From NCBI RefSeq assembly GCF_000143415.4, contig NW_003314266.1, forward strand, positions 2,622,414-2,686,413: a DNA stretch of 64,000 nucleotides. The letters are read 5' to 3'. Position numbers and translations under genes: made by a program. The stretch's first letter is position 1. Each line of letters starts with the position of its first letter. This DNA comes from Selaginella moellendorffii. Its lineage: Eukaryota; Plantae; Lycopodiophyta. The notes under the pieces are model-generated. The model ran no database searches and had not been told where the DNA came from. It saw nothing but the letters and a program-made list of their open reading frames with translations. Below, piece by piece: positions 38,062 to 52,559 of the stretch.

Positions 38062-40164
38062 ATGGATTCTGGAAATCGCGACGATCGCCTCGGCGAGCCG
38101 CAGATTGTGAATGGATTCCGGTGAGCTCGTGTTGACAACAAAATATTGTTGTTCGCTTCTCATTGGTTTTATTTGTTCTTTGCCTTTTCTTATCTATTGT
38201 TTGTCTAACGCTCAGGCCGCATTACGCGAAAGCGATGAACGAAGCAAACGGTGAGATGGAAATGAGAACAATCTCGCTCGATGAGGAGGTGCGTAGCTTG
38301 CTATCTTTTTCTTTTTCCTAGAGATTGTTTGATCTCCCTGTGTGTGTGTGTTTTATTTTTTCCTTTCAGCTTGGGACCGAGAAGATTGAAAAGAAGCGAT
38401 TGATTTCCGAGGTCTCCGAGCACTGTGAGCTGGACTTGACTTACGCACAGAGGCGACGGCCGTGGTACAAGCATTTTGCAAGGGGCGCGAAGGAAGTTTT
38501 GCTGGGAAGCAAGCTTTGCTGCCTCCTGCCTTTGGTGCCGATATCGATCGTTCTAGCAAACTTGAAGTCTGGAATGGTACGTTACTCCTTTCTCTTTTCT
38601 TTTCTTTTCTTTTTTTTTTGTTTTTTTTTTGGCAACTTCTTCGTTCGCTTATGTTATTGTTTCTTGTGAAGGGTTGGGTGTTCTTGATCAGCTTACTCGG
38701 CATCGCACCACTTGCCGAGCGCTTGGGCTTTGTCACGGAGCAACTGGCATTTCACACCAGCTCCACGGGTAATAAATTATACCCTTTTCTCGATCACAAA
38801 GAGAGTGAATGGTCTTTTTTGTTTCTCTTGCAGTCGGTGGCCTTCTGAATGCGACGTTTGGAAATGCCACCGAGATGATTATCTCTATCTTCGCTCTGCG
38901 GAATGGCATGATCCGCGTGGTTCAGCTGTCGCTGCTGGGATCTATCCTCTCGAATATGTTACTTGTTCTCGGATGCGCCTTCTTCATGGGTGGTCTCGCT
39001 TTTCCTCACAAGGATCAGAGATTCAACAAGGTGACGTTTACGTTTTCTTTTTTTCTTTGTACGTAAAGCTTGTGATTTGTCGTTGTTGACAGGCTTCTGC
39101 GGTGGTGAGTTCCGGATTGCTTCTCATGGCTGTTTTGGGACTGCTTTTCCCTGCCGTTCTTCACTCCACGCACACAGAGCTTCATGATGGTAAATCTGAG
39201 CTGAGCCTTTCCAGGTTCACTAGCTGCATCATGCTCATGGCTTACGCATCGTACCTTTTCTTCCAATTAAAAAGCCACAGAAAGCTTTATGAGAACGAAC
39301 AAGTAAGTTCTAGTTTTCTTACTTTGATCTGACTTATATGATACCTTGCAGGAAACGGGAGATAATGAATCCGAGGCGGAGGAGTCCGTGATGGGCTTTT
39401 GGGAAGCAAATGGCTGGCTCGCCATTTTGACCGTTTTTATCTCTGTTTTGTCGGAGTATCTCGTTGACGCAATCCAGGTGATTTTGATTATCTCTTTGAT
39501 TCGTTCTCACTTCTCGCTTGGCTGCACAGGGTGCCGCCGACAGTTGGAACATCCCTGTGGCTTTTATCAGCGTGATCATCTTGCCAATTGTTGGAAATGC
39601 GGCAGAGCATGCGAGCGCTATAATGTTTGCTCTAAAAGACAAGCTGGTGCGTAAAAACAAGTGCTACTTTCTCTGGGCTTTCGTCGTCACATATGCTAAT
39701 CGTGCAGGATATTTCGTTGGGGGTAGCGATTGGCTCATCCACGCAAATATCAATGTTTGTGGTAAAATAGCACAGTTTTGTGGAACCATCTTTGGCGTTA
39801 TTTGACTGACTTTGCTGGCTGCTCCAGATTCCCTTTTGCGTAGTAATGGGCTGGATAATGGGAAAGCCCATGGACTTGGACTTCCAGCTTTTTGAGACTG
39901 CTACCTTGTTCATCACCGTGCTAGTCGTCGCATTCATGCTACAGGTTTGATTCTTTTTCCAACTTCGTGCTGCAAGTATAAACACTTTAATTAATTCCAG
40001 GAGGGAACATCCAACTATTTCAAAGGATTGATGCTTTTGTTTTGCTACCTGATTGTGGCTGCCAGCTTCTTTGTTCATGTTGATCAACCTCAACATGGTA
40101 AGAAGTAGAACAAAGTCTATTTTTTCAGCCTTCTCACTCGTTAAACTTTCCAGGTAACACGTGA
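38062..40164 (+). CDS. CAX: Vacuolar cation/H+ exchanger (CAX family), multi-exon
   Basis: [72 protein letters not shown]; start codon is the most plausible of several ATGs. Confidence 0.93.
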
Positions 40165-40519
40165 TCATGCGCAATGTACAAATTTTACGCTAGGAGCTTA
40201 CTCCTGAGCACTGTTTTTTGACCAAGCAAGCTAAAACGAGAGGTTTCTTTGGAGTTTGGCAACACAAAATAAGAATCGTCAAAAGAGAGGCTCAAAGAAC
40301 AAGGCGTGAGAAAAGCTGCAATGTGGAGTTTATTTTCATTCGGCATTCACGCCAAGCAAAAGGTGTACGTACGCTTCTTTCTCTGTATTTTTATTTCTTC
40401 TTTGTTTCGATCTAAACTTGAGAGTCGGATGGATGAAAAAAATGCTGGGATGAATTTTACGGGGGGGATGAAGTGAGCAGCCATTACCAGTAGCGAGATC
40501 TCTCCATCAATCAATCGGA

Positions 40520-42011
<1,492 letters not shown>

Positions 42012-42223
42012 AGACCGGGATCGTCCTCGCCAAATCTCTTCTCAATCCCTCTCTCTCCTCACACTACTGGGTCGAGAGAAGAGTGGTGAGAAGAAAATTT
42101 AGGGCATGGCAATACAAAACGGACCATGGCCCAAATTTGGGCCCATCGTACAAAATCAAAGCAGCGTACGACAAATAAGCTTAAGTTAAACACTTGATTT
42201 GTGCTTTATCTTTCTTTGTTTCT

Positions 42224-42359
42224 TTACGATGTGTATGTGATTATCCTGTCAGTGATGCTACTTCTGCACAACGGGCACTCGGAGCACGCAACTGCGCAAG
42301 GCTTGCACACTGCAAGAAAAAACGAAAGAGTGTAAGACGATCTAGAGTTTCTCCAAGAA

Positions 42360-42396
<37 letters not shown>

Positions 42397-45300
42397 AGAG
42401 GATGATCTGGGAAGATCTAGAAGAGAGTGAGAACTAAGACGGTGGAACGAACGATCTAGAAGAGGGAGAGAGAGCGAAGACGATCTGACGAAGAGGACGA
42501 TCTAGAAGAGAGAACTAAGACATTCGAACGAGGAGAAAGATCTAGAAGAGAAGGAGAGAGAACTATGACGATCTAACGAAGAGAAAGAGCATCTACGAAC
42601 TCGTCACAGTGAGCTAGTGTTACAAGAGAGGGAGAGACCTACGAAGAGAAAGACGATTTCGAATAGAGAGAGAGAGGTGGAACTTACGGCAGAAATGGCG
42701 ACAAGGAAGAAGAACAGCTGCCGTGGGAGCCTCGAAGCAGATCTTACAGACGTGGCTTCCTCTGTCCTCGTCGAAGATTTCGTCGATTGAAGCTGGAGCT
42801 GGAGCTGGATCGTTACTGCTCTCGCGCTCCTTTTCCTCTTGAATCCTCGTCTAGGGAAGAGAAAGTTAGTAGCGCGGTTTGATTGTAAATCCAACGAACG
42901 TACCTTTGTTTGGCACAGCTTTGTCAGCGCTTCTACATGAAGGTTTTGGAGATCCTCCAGCGCATCGATGTCTAGGCCTTCGAGGTTCTCGCTCTGGACA
43001 ACACGATATATCACGTTAAGATGAAAGACAAAAGAAAGCAACTAAACAAATGGTTTTCACCTTGAGCTGGGAGATGAATCGCTCCATCTCCGAGACGCGC
43101 TGTTTTTCATCCTTCAGATACACCTTTAGCTCCTTCAGTGTTCCCCATTGCTCGGTCTCTTCGTTGATTGTCAGTTCACCATTCCCGTCCGTGTGACCGT
43201 TTTCAGTGGAGAACTTCCTGCCGGCCTCGGCTTCTTCTTTCTCCTTCTTTAGCTTCGCAACCAGAACCCACATATTCGCCAGGTCGCTCTCGAGAGACAC
43301 TTCGCGCTGTCTTGATTCTTCGAGCTTCTTTTCCAGCTCTTGATAGTTCCGTGACGATTCTTTCGGGAGCAGCTCGCAGTCATCCAAAAGGATATCTTCG
43401 TCTGCACCTGGATTTCTACCCATCTTGTTGGCGTTTGCCTTTGAAACAGTGGCCGTTCCTGTTCTGTAGGCCGATGCTTCGGCTGCCGCCAACTCGCTAT
43501 TGAGCTTTGAGTTCTGAAGGGACAATTTCGTGACTTCATCCGCCAAGTGCTTCAGCTCCACAGCCGCTGCAGAGGCAAGCTCCTTGGCGTACGACGCTTC
43601 CTCATTGAGGTTCTGGTTCTCCAAGTAAAGGCCGTCTTTTACCTCTAAAAGATGAGTATAGTCCTTCTTTAGCTTTGTCAACTCAGCAGCCTGGAGTAAA
43701 CATATTAGCGTGATAGAAAAATCCAGTAGAGCTACAAACCTGTTCCATAAGCTCCGCACGAAGACTATCCAAGTCTGCTTCTCCATCCTTTGGGTAAGCC
43801 AAGTCAGAGTCTCCTGTCAAGTCCTCGGAAAGGCTTTCAGAATTTAGCCAAGTGGCTAAGTCATCTGCACCATTCTCAAGGAAACTCCTGCTCAGTTTCC
43901 GACTCTTTGGCTGAGAATATCTCTTTTCAAGTGATGCTTGGAGCTCTTGCCTCAAAGAGACAACCGTTTCTTGTAGCTCATTGATTTCGTTCGTCTGCAT
44001 GTAGGAAATTACAACACTATTTGCAAAATTCACATTGCCATCACCTGGGATTGAAGCTGCTCCTGTAGTATCCGATTGTCGGCGGACTTTATCTGTAAAT
44101 CATGAAAGAGTCAAGAAATATAGCTGATTGGTTTGCACATACCTCAAGCTCGAAAGCCTTCTCATGGAGCTGGCTGATCAACTTCGAAATGGTCTGCAAA
44201 ACCAAATGCTTAGCAAAGAGAAAACTGAAGGTAATTCGTACCTGTGACATTTCAAATCCAGAAGCATTTGTAGATGAAGCTTCAGCCGAACCAGCAATCC
44301 TTTTCTCAATAATGCTCATTTGCCGTCTTTTTTCATCAATTTCTTCTTTCAGCTTCCGCATTTGCATCTGTATGACAAGAAAAAGTAAAATAAACGACGA
44401 AACTTAATAGTCATTTAAAACTTACGTGAAGCTGGTCATCCTCAGGGTTGGTTACTGCTTGTTCAGACAACCTCTTGAGCGAACTACTGCAGAGGGCAAC
44501 CTCTCCAGCAAGCATTTTCATTTGTTCCCGAAGAAGATCCATTTGATCAGCCATTGTTGTTCCAGTCTACAAAAGCTTGTCAGCATTTGTGGTCGCAAAC
44601 TTGAGAATTGGCATACCGGAGGGGGCCTTCGACCACGTACAGTGGCGCTAAAGAGTTCTCCTGCTTGCGTCGGTTCAGGAAAAGGATCAACGATGGGAGG
44701 CAGTTCGTCTGGTTTTCGACTGAATGACTTTCTACGTCTAGACTTAAAGTCCACTGGAGGTTCAAATGAAACTGATGATCCGCTTGGAGTATGCTCCTCG
44801 GGAACTGCATGCATACTCTCGTGTTTCTAAAACCAGAAAAGAAAAAGCTATTCCCAATGAAGTTATAATCACAAAGATCTTACCTTCAGTTGTTTAAACC
44901 ATCCTAGCATTCCTCTTTTCTTGATCTTCTTTTCTTCTTTTGATGCATCATCAGGATTACTACTGATGCAATTTCCATCTCCAGATATTTCTGACTCGGG
45001 CCCAACAGTAGTAGAATCATCCTCTTCCTCAGCAACTTCTCGTCTCTTATCTGGCAAGTACGCAAGCTAGCAAAAGACAATCGAATCAGAGGGAGACCAC
45101 TGTTGAAATATAAAAAATACCTCCTCTTCCCCAAAAGAATGTCTCCTACGCTGTGTACTCTTTTCCGGGAGACTCAGAGGAATGGTGTTCTTGGTTGATA
45201 CCAGTATCAGTTTCGTTAACCTTTGGATTCTTCCCATCAAAGCGGCTTTTGCCTGTTCCTCTTCTTCGAGCCGAGATTGCATTTTCAAATGCCCGGCCTC

Positions 45301-47515
45301 CAGCTTCATGCAAAAGATAAATGAACGAGTTATCTAGCCAAAAGGACTTACTTGTTGGCGCAAAGTTAGAAGATCGTCATGGTTCGAAACCACAAATGGT
45401 CGTTCAAATAGTCCTCTTCTTAATTGCTCCAGTTCCTGCTTCAGATGTGTGATTTCCTTTTGATACTTCTTTATCAGAGATTTTTCATCCAATATCTGCA
45501 AAGAAATGGTTAATCTTCTGCATTAAACGTGCATTGCAGAATATTTAATACCCGGTTTGGAGCCGCATGCAACTCCACTCTCTTCGCTCTCTGAGCAAAC
45601 TTCAAGGTGTTATGGGTTTCTTCGGTACTACTCGAAGCAGGAGTAATAGTGCATATGAGCTGCAGTAGAACGTACAATGAGTGAATGACCAGAACGATTC
45701 TTACATTACCGAAATACGACCATGTCCGCTCAAAGAAGATTGCAATAGACGCGTAAGCTTAGAGTCACGATAAGGTATGTGAGATGCCTTGCCATCACTA
45801 AGTTTTGAGATAACCTGAAAAGCGAGAGAATTTCTATTATGTTTTTCTTGAAAAGATGCAGCATACCGTGCCGAGGGTCAACAAGCTCTTATTGATATAG
45901 GATCCTTCTTTACGCCGTAAACCAGTTGTTTCCGTTTTGGAACTCTCAGACCCCGCAAGATCAATAAGGTTCTACAGCAGAACTATCCTTTTAAGACAAG
46001 ATCCATTACACAGCTAGGACTTACCAGTTGAGAGAGAGTTATCTCGTCATCACTAAAATCTTCACCCCGGCAACTGCTTTCAATAGTCTACGAAAACAAA
46101 TGTCACGACAAACGTTCAAATCTCAAACAACTCACATACCAGAGTGAATATTGTGTGACTTCGACTGCTAAACAAATTGAAGTTATTTGATCCAACATGT
46201 CGATGTTCTAAATAGGTAGTTAGAGAACTGTTTATTCTGACAAACAAAATCTACCTTCACCAGCAGCAATCAGAGACAAAGCATGAGCAGGTGATAGGAC
46301 AACCTCTTCCTTGATACCCTCGACATAAGTTCCCTTTCAGCACAAATAGAACATCAAGGTAAGGTTAGTCATAATAATCCCGCGCTAGTACCTGAGCATC
46401 TTCTCTGACTCGTAAATTTTGTCCTGCCGGATCCAGCAAGTCGTTGATCACCTACAAAACATGGACATTTAGTCAAGCTTGACAGAAACGCTACGTACCT
46501 CATTGTAAATCTCAAGATAAGATACGCGCAGAAGAAACTCCCGTCCCGGAGTCTACAGGTAGATCTTTAAGGAACCAAACTCATTGCAGAATCGAAACTT
46601 ACATACATCCTGGATAATGCTGAAGACGTCCTTCACCGCCAAAGGTATGATACCAGGGCTTTTCTGATCACCCTGATCAAAAGAACGGCTTATAAATTCC
46701 GGAAACAGCCAGTCTGGATGCTTACATGCATGGTGTGAGTCTTGCCACTGCTGGTAACACCATAGGCGAATACTGTTCCTGTAGAAACAAATTCACGTAA
46801 GAACAAAAATCTGACAAAGCAGCAGCTCTTCACCACAAACCATTTACACCCTGCATAGCAGCTGCCACAACATGTTGCGCGGCGATGTCGTAAACGCCTC
46901 TCGTCGTTGTAGCGGGGCCGAAAACTCGATCTATCAAAACAAGAAAAAAAAACAAAGAGTGAATTCATAGTCTTGGATAAAGGAAAACTAACCAAAAGCG
47001 TAGAAAGTAGCCAAATTGTATTCGCTCCTTACAGTCGTGTCACCATCGGCATACCAGGCAACTTCATCACCCTTTTGGATTTCTCTAGAACTGAGACAAA
47101 TAAAAACAAAAGGACTTGAATCAATGCATGAAACTTTCGATCGATCTTACCTCAAGGGCCGAAAGCGAACGGTCACGGAGATGCTCTCCTTGGCCCTGTT
47201 GATAAACTCCACTCTATCAAACATTGACGAGGAAGAAGAAGGCGTGAAAGGACTGGAACCCCCATTGAAGGAAGAGTACTTCATCGATGGAGGGGTCATG
47301 AGAGCCTGGCTGCTACTCCTGGATCTAGTCGGCGTGAGAGACCTGTGGCTACCACCGCCGCCACCACCGAGAGAAGCTCTACCAGTCGACGACGGCGAAG
47401 AAATGGAGGACGGCGAGGCGGGCTGGAATCCAGGGATTCTACCATTCACTGACGACGGCCTTCTAAATCTAAACGGGGAGCTAGATCTTCTCGACGATGC
47501 CGAAGTAGAAGCCAT
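42224..47515 (-). CDS. KIN7D: Kinesin-7 (CENP-E family, KIN7D/MKRP-like) with C-terminal RING finger; many short exons
   Basis: [77 protein letters not shown]-terminal CKICFE...[23 protein letters not shown]. Confidence 0.93.
42340..42675. repeat. GA-rich microsatellite and degenerate GACGATCTAGAAGAG tandem units in the last kinesin intron
   Basis: (GA)n at 42365-42394 and several gatctagaagag/acgatct units. Confidence 0.8.
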
Positions 47516-48691
47516 CTATCTTTCCCTCTCGCGGCCGGATTATCCCCACCCAATGCGCGACAAGCCTGATCCACAAATCGAGGCATCGATCAGACACAAG
47601 CACGGATCGCCTGGAAGAAATGCTGGCATTCGCTCACCTCACCAGCGCACCGAGAAAAACCATGTCCTAGCCCTGAGAGAACAACGCCACGGATCGAACG
47701 GCAGCGCCTGACAGGCGTCAGTCGCCATGTGTGGATCGCGGTGGCGGCGCGCGAGCGAGCGCGAGCAGATCGATCGGCCCTAAGCTACACGGCGGCGGCG
47801 GTGGCGGTGACGGCGGCAGCGTGGCGGCGGCGGCGGCAAATCTCCTCTCCCTCCGCCTAGCTCGCGCTTTTAGTGTTTTTGTAAATGACCTCGCCAGGGC
47901 CTAATCCGACGGCTCACAGCCCCCCAAATTCAAATCGTTTAGGGGTCTCCATCCAACGGCTGTAAGCGCGTGCGCCGGCCGGGCCGGTGGCGCCACCGAC
48001 AGCAGCCGGTCGGCATGGAACTCCTTTCCCGCCACCATCAAGACCAAGATTGGCATATTCCCCGCTGCCAAGAGTAGAATCTTCACATGATGTCCATGTT
48101 GATTTTTATGTTGTATTTGCTCCAAGACATGCGCTCCAAGCGAATTAGTTGGCATTCTTTTTGTTGGCATGCAAATGAATGCCACCTGAATCAAGGCCAG
48201 TCAATTATTTCACTGTTGCTTTAGTTGGTTTCCTTTGGCTTTTTCTTCCTCTTGTTTTTTTTGAGTTTCTTGATATTTCTCACCCCAAAGTCAAAACTAG
48301 AGGCAGAAGAAGCAGTTTTTAGTGAATGAAAAAAAAAAAAAGGAAAGGGGAGAAAAGGCATGCATGTGAGGAGTGGCAGAAGCCAACCAAGACATTGCCC
48401 AATTTTCTGACAAAGAAAAATTGCAAACACCAAAGATACTGCAAGCGAATGTGAAAGCCCACCCACATTTTGTGGAAAATGGAGATCAGAAGAAGGGAAG
48501 AAAGGGAAGATATTCAGACATTTTTGTTTGCTTCTCCAAGTGTTGCTTTCATGTGCTATCTAAGCCATTACTAAGAAGTGCTAATTAACAATTTAGAATC
48601 ATTGGTCTCTCTAGCTGACAAACAAACAACATGAGCTCCAAGATCAAAGGAATAGAATTTAGTGATGATACTTTAGAATTTAAGAGATTCT

Positions 48692-49666
48692 TTATTTGTT
48701 TGGCATTGTTTCTAGCCTTCCATTAAAATGTCTTGGCCAAAATCTGGCCAAGCTCTGGCTGAAATCAACTTGAACCCACCGGTCATCAATCAGCAAGCCT
48801 CCCTTTCCGCCAACTTTCACGTAAGCCTCCTCACAAGACTCCCTGTTTGCAAACTCAATGAAACCATAGCAGAGGCTCTCCCCAGTCTTGTGATCCCGAA
48901 TAATGCTCGCCTCCGCCACCTTTCCAAACCTCTGGAATATGAGCCCCAGGTCCTCCTCCTCCGTCACCCTGTTGAGATTCCTCGCAAACAGGACGTTTTC
49001 CGGGGGCTTCATCTCCGCATCTGGAATATCCCCCACCATCTCGAGCACCACGGCTCTGCTCCGCGCCTCCCGAGCTCTGTTCTCGATCTCCATCTTTGTC
49101 TCGTCGATCGTAGGGTTCCAACCATCGTCCAGAGTTGTCACGACGTTTTTCTGCTCGCATGGCGGAATCTTTAGCGAGTAAAGCCCTTCCGGATCATCGA
49201 ATGGATCGTCCAGGATAGCAACGCTCTTGATCCGGATGTCCTTGTACGGCCTGAAGCTTTCATTAACGTACGCCTCGTTGATCTTCTCTAGGGTGTCGAG
49301 ACCCTCCGCCACCTTTCCAAACACGACGTGTTTCTCATCCAGGTATTCCAAACCATGGCCTCTTGTGGCGATGTAGAACTGCGAGCCATTGGGGTTTGGC
49401 GTCGCCACCATTCCAATATCATCGTGCTTCATACTCGATTTTCCAGCTGGGCTATCTCTCCCCAGCAATTTGAAGATGGAGTCGCCACCAGATCCCGCGC
49501 CGGTTGGATCGCCTACTTGCGCTACAAAATCCCTTTGGACGCTGTGAAACAAGCAGCTGTCGTAGTATTTGATCTTGCAAAGCTTTAGAAAGCTGTATGC
49601 TACCTGGCTTTGACAATCTAGATCGATTACAAGATCGCCCACGCTGGTTGTCACAAGCACGGCCAT
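48692..49666 (-). CDS. CYP59: Cyclophilin-RRM protein (CYP59/PPIL4-like), intronless and C-terminally short; probable retrocopy
   Basis: MAVLVTTSVGDLVIDL...FLKLCKIKYY...QVGDPTGAGSGGDSIF...NGSQFYI...SRAVVLEMVGDIPDAEMKPPENVLF...TGESLCYGFIEF...LIDDRWVQVDFSQS. Confidence 0.88.
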   Translation of the reverse strand: MAVLVTTSVGDLVIDLDCQSQVAYSFLKLCKIKYYDSCLFHSVQRDFVAQVGDPTGAGSGGDSIFKLLGRDSPAGKSSMKHDDIGMVATPNPNGSQFYIATRGHGLEYLDEKHVVFGKVAEGLDTLEKINEAYVNESFRPYKDIRIKSVAILDDPFDDPEGLYSLKIPPCEQKNVVTTLDDGWNPTIDETKMEIENRAREARSRAVVLEMVGDIPDAEMKPPENVLFARNLNRVTEEEDLGLIFQRFGKVAEASIIRDHKTGESLCYGFIEFANRESCEEAYVKVGGKGGLLIDDRWVQVDFSQSLARFWPRHFNGRLETMPNK

Positions 49667-50329
49667 TGTGAATGCAAAAGGATCTCTATATGGCCTTTTA
49701 TAAACGCAGCCTTTTGGCCGAAACGAATATTCACAAAATATACTATTTATGTGAACGTTGAAGATTAGGTTTTCCTCTTTTTTTGGCAGTCTAGAAATAT
49801 TTTCGAGCGCGACGCGATCTAGCGCGATCTAGGTAGAGGAGCTTCCGATCGAAGCGCCGGAACTTGATTTCAGCAATCAAATGCAGCAGTGCTAGCGTCC
49901 GCGGCCTCAATCAGGTATCTCCCTACCTCCGATCGATATTTCGGGCTTAGCGCAGTCCGATTCTGCAGTAGCTAACCGGATTCCGGAGCGGCATGGTGGA
50001 TCAGGTTTTGTTCTGCCGCTCTTTTTTCATTCGGTCTGGTAAATCCCTTCTAAATCGTCTCGCCATTACAGCCAAAGCTTGTCATGGGCTTCGAGAAGCT
50101 CACAGAGGATATGGAGCTGTCCCCGGCGGCCGGCGATGTCGCTCCGGTGGGCGAGCAATCAGGTGAGCATTTTGTCCCCTTTCTCGGTCTCTCAAAGAAA
50201 CTTGTAACACAGGCATGGAGTTTTGCATGAAAGACAGGTCAGCGTAAATCTACGTATTTCTGCACACGTCAGCCAAGAACACAGGCTTGTCGTCGAGGCA
50301 GCAGAATGCTGTTTTGAGAGATAAGCGTT

Positions 50330-50770
50330 TTCTCCTTGGCCGGAGCATGTGCCCAAAACGGGCATAGCGAGAAATCAAAGGAACGAGATGCCGAGCAGGG
50401 ATAGAGTTTCGTGGGAGACGACTGACAGATGAATATATTCCATATCTGCCCTGGGATTGGACCTGGAGGAACTTAAAAGAGCTCTTTGAGACGATGCATC
50501 AGAAGGACGAGATCTCCTGGACGGGGATATTTACGAGAACGATAGTGTATGCCTCAGCGAGATCTTTGTCCTGGAGAGTGATGATCTATGGATATGCCTA
50601 AGCACGGGGATTGTTTCAAGCTATGCCGGAACAGGACGAGGTGTCACCTTCTCGGGGACGTCATGGTGGCCGGATCGATCACGGTTGCATTGCCGATGCG
50701 TTTGGACGAGTTGGGAACGGGCTCCATCTCCGGAAGAGGTTGTGATCGAGGCATTGCTGGGACTCATTAA
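50330..50770 (+). pseudogene. PPR gene remnant
   Basis: ELFETMHQKDEISWTGI at ~50479-50530 is a PPR motif junction; frames are broken. Confidence 0.5.
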
Positions 50771-50804
50771 ACAAAGATATCAAGAATATATGAAAACTGA
50801 CCTA

Positions 50805-50960
50805 TCACTTGCATGGCCGTCTGCGTCTCCACCGCGATGATCCCAACTGGTATCCCCCCGTCACGTCGGAGCCCACCCCTCGAGCGTCCTGGCGACGCTC
50901 ATCCGAGCGCTGCCACCCTCGGAGTTGTATACTCCGGCCACCGCGTCTGTGACCGTCGAT
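50805..50960 (-). pseudogene. Acetyl-CoA carboxylase carboxyltransferase-domain fragment, copy 1
   Basis: TLEGWA..TG/GIPVGIIAVETQTAMQVI with deletions and a frameshift; ~93 bp nearly identical to 54406-54498. Confidence 0.75.
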
Positions 50961-50998
50961 GGAAGTTGACACTCCTCTTTCCACGGTAGCAAAGGTAT

Positions 50999-51042
50999 GG
51001 ACGTTTTGTATCCTTTTTGGCCAAAAAGGATACAAAACGTCC
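50999..51042. repeat. Perfect 44-bp palindrome
   Basis: ggacgttttgtatcctttttgg|ccaaaaaggatacaaaacgtcc. Confidence 0.95.
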
Positions 51043-51120
51043 TTTTTGGTAAAAAGGATTGAACCAAGATAAAATACTATTCTTGTAGGGCTTTTGGGAA
51101 GGGTTTGGGTGGATTGATCG

Positions 51121-51702
51121 ATGGTGCTTTTGTTTCCTAGTGATGATATCATTTACCACCGAGTGGCACTCCTTGAACAGCAATTGGCAGTGATGGAGCA
51201 GCGAGTGACAGTGGTAGAGGAGCGACTCCAAGAGTTATTGAAGCAATTGCCGCCGATGCCACCACCTCCTCTGGATGGCTCCTCATCCATGGAACCCATG
51301 GACGACAATCGTGGGCACATCTCCTCACCTAGTGAGGAGACACAATTGCCACCATTGCCACCGTCACCACCATTGCCATTATCCTCACCACCACCACCAC
51401 AGGGGACGAGAACAGGGACAAAGAATAGCACAGGGGCAAAGAATAGCATAGGGACTAGGACCACCACCAGCACCATCACCAACATTATAACTGAATTGGG
51501 ATCATGGATTCTTCTTCATGTTATCATCAGCATCGTAGTTAGATTGGGATTAACAAGTCTTCTTCCTGTCATCACCAGCATCATAACTGGATTGGAATCA
51601 TCAACTCTTAGCTGGATCATCGCCAACATAGTAGGAACGTTTATGATATTAAAAGAGCTCAATCGCCACATTTATGATATTAAAAAAGCTAAAAGTATGT
51701 AA
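51121..51702 (+). CDS. Orphan 193-aa ORF: coiled coil, Pro-rich linker, 16-aa hydrophobic repeats
   Basis: Intronless ATG-initiated ORF with internal 18-bp and 48-bp tandem repeats; no recognised family. Confidence 0.4.
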   Translation: MVLLFPSDDIIYHRVALLEQQLAVMEQRVTVVEERLQELLKQLPPMPPPPLDGSSSMEPMDDNRGHISSPSEETQLPPLPPSPPLPLSSPPPPQGTRTGTKNSTGAKNSIGTRTTTSTITNIITELGSWILLHVIISIVVRLGLTSLLPVITSIITGLESSTLSWIIANIVGTFMILKELNRHIYDIKKAKSM

Positions 51703-52559
51703 TTAGGAGTGTAAGAACTAAGAACCCCAGATTATGAAAGTTATTGTGCTGGCAAGAACAAGAATATTATATTTGATATCCCAAAACACCTATAATTTAT
51801 TAATTTATCTGTATTGCACCACAAATTATTTATAATATACTCAAAATAATATAACTTAATAAAGTAAATATAATTATCAAATATTATTGTTACAATGAAA
51901 TATATCAAACAAAATATACAAATAAATAAAATGGAAAACCTAAAATATTTATTACTATAAACATCTTACAAAAAATAGCTTATAAAAGCTTATAATCAAA
52001 GCTTATAATCGTCCAAATATATATTCTATATATTATTCCTTGATAATAAAGAAATTAAATAATTTATTATACAATGCAAATAAATTATTTTATATTGGAA
52101 TTTTGTGCGTCAAATCCATTAAGTCAGTCTATTAGTCACACAGCATATTAAATATTTTTTAATACAATGAATGTTATTATGCTTGAGAGAATAAAAATAC
52201 ACAAATGATCCCAATTATCCTAACTGACTTATGATTTTTTAATTTGTGTATAACTTATTTAAATTAATTATAAAATGTATATCACAGACAATGTGATAAA
52301 GTAAATGTATTTGTAAATATTATTGTTGCAGAAAATATATCAAACTGTAAAGTCTACAAATACATATATTGGATCGTCCATTTGAAACTTAATTTAGTTC
52401 GTCTAAACCCCAATTATTATATCTATTCATTAAATAAAATAAAAAAACAAGTTTGCTCTCATTATCTAGATATTTGATAATTTCTTCCAAGAATTTAGGG
52501 AGCGCCTCTGTTTCGAGTGCTGGATGTTGCCTGTGGAGAATATCGCGCGCTGAGGATTT

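Noticed and set aside
37985-38120. Three ATGGATTC starts at the 5' end of CAX, the first opening a short uORF
   Set aside because: Cannot distinguish from chance without TSS data
47016-47711. 231-aa plus-strand ORF
   Set aside because: Antisense shadow of GC-rich kinesin exon 1
50985-52450. A TIR element bounded by the palindrome and the AT-rich block
   Set aside because: No matching right TIR or TSD found
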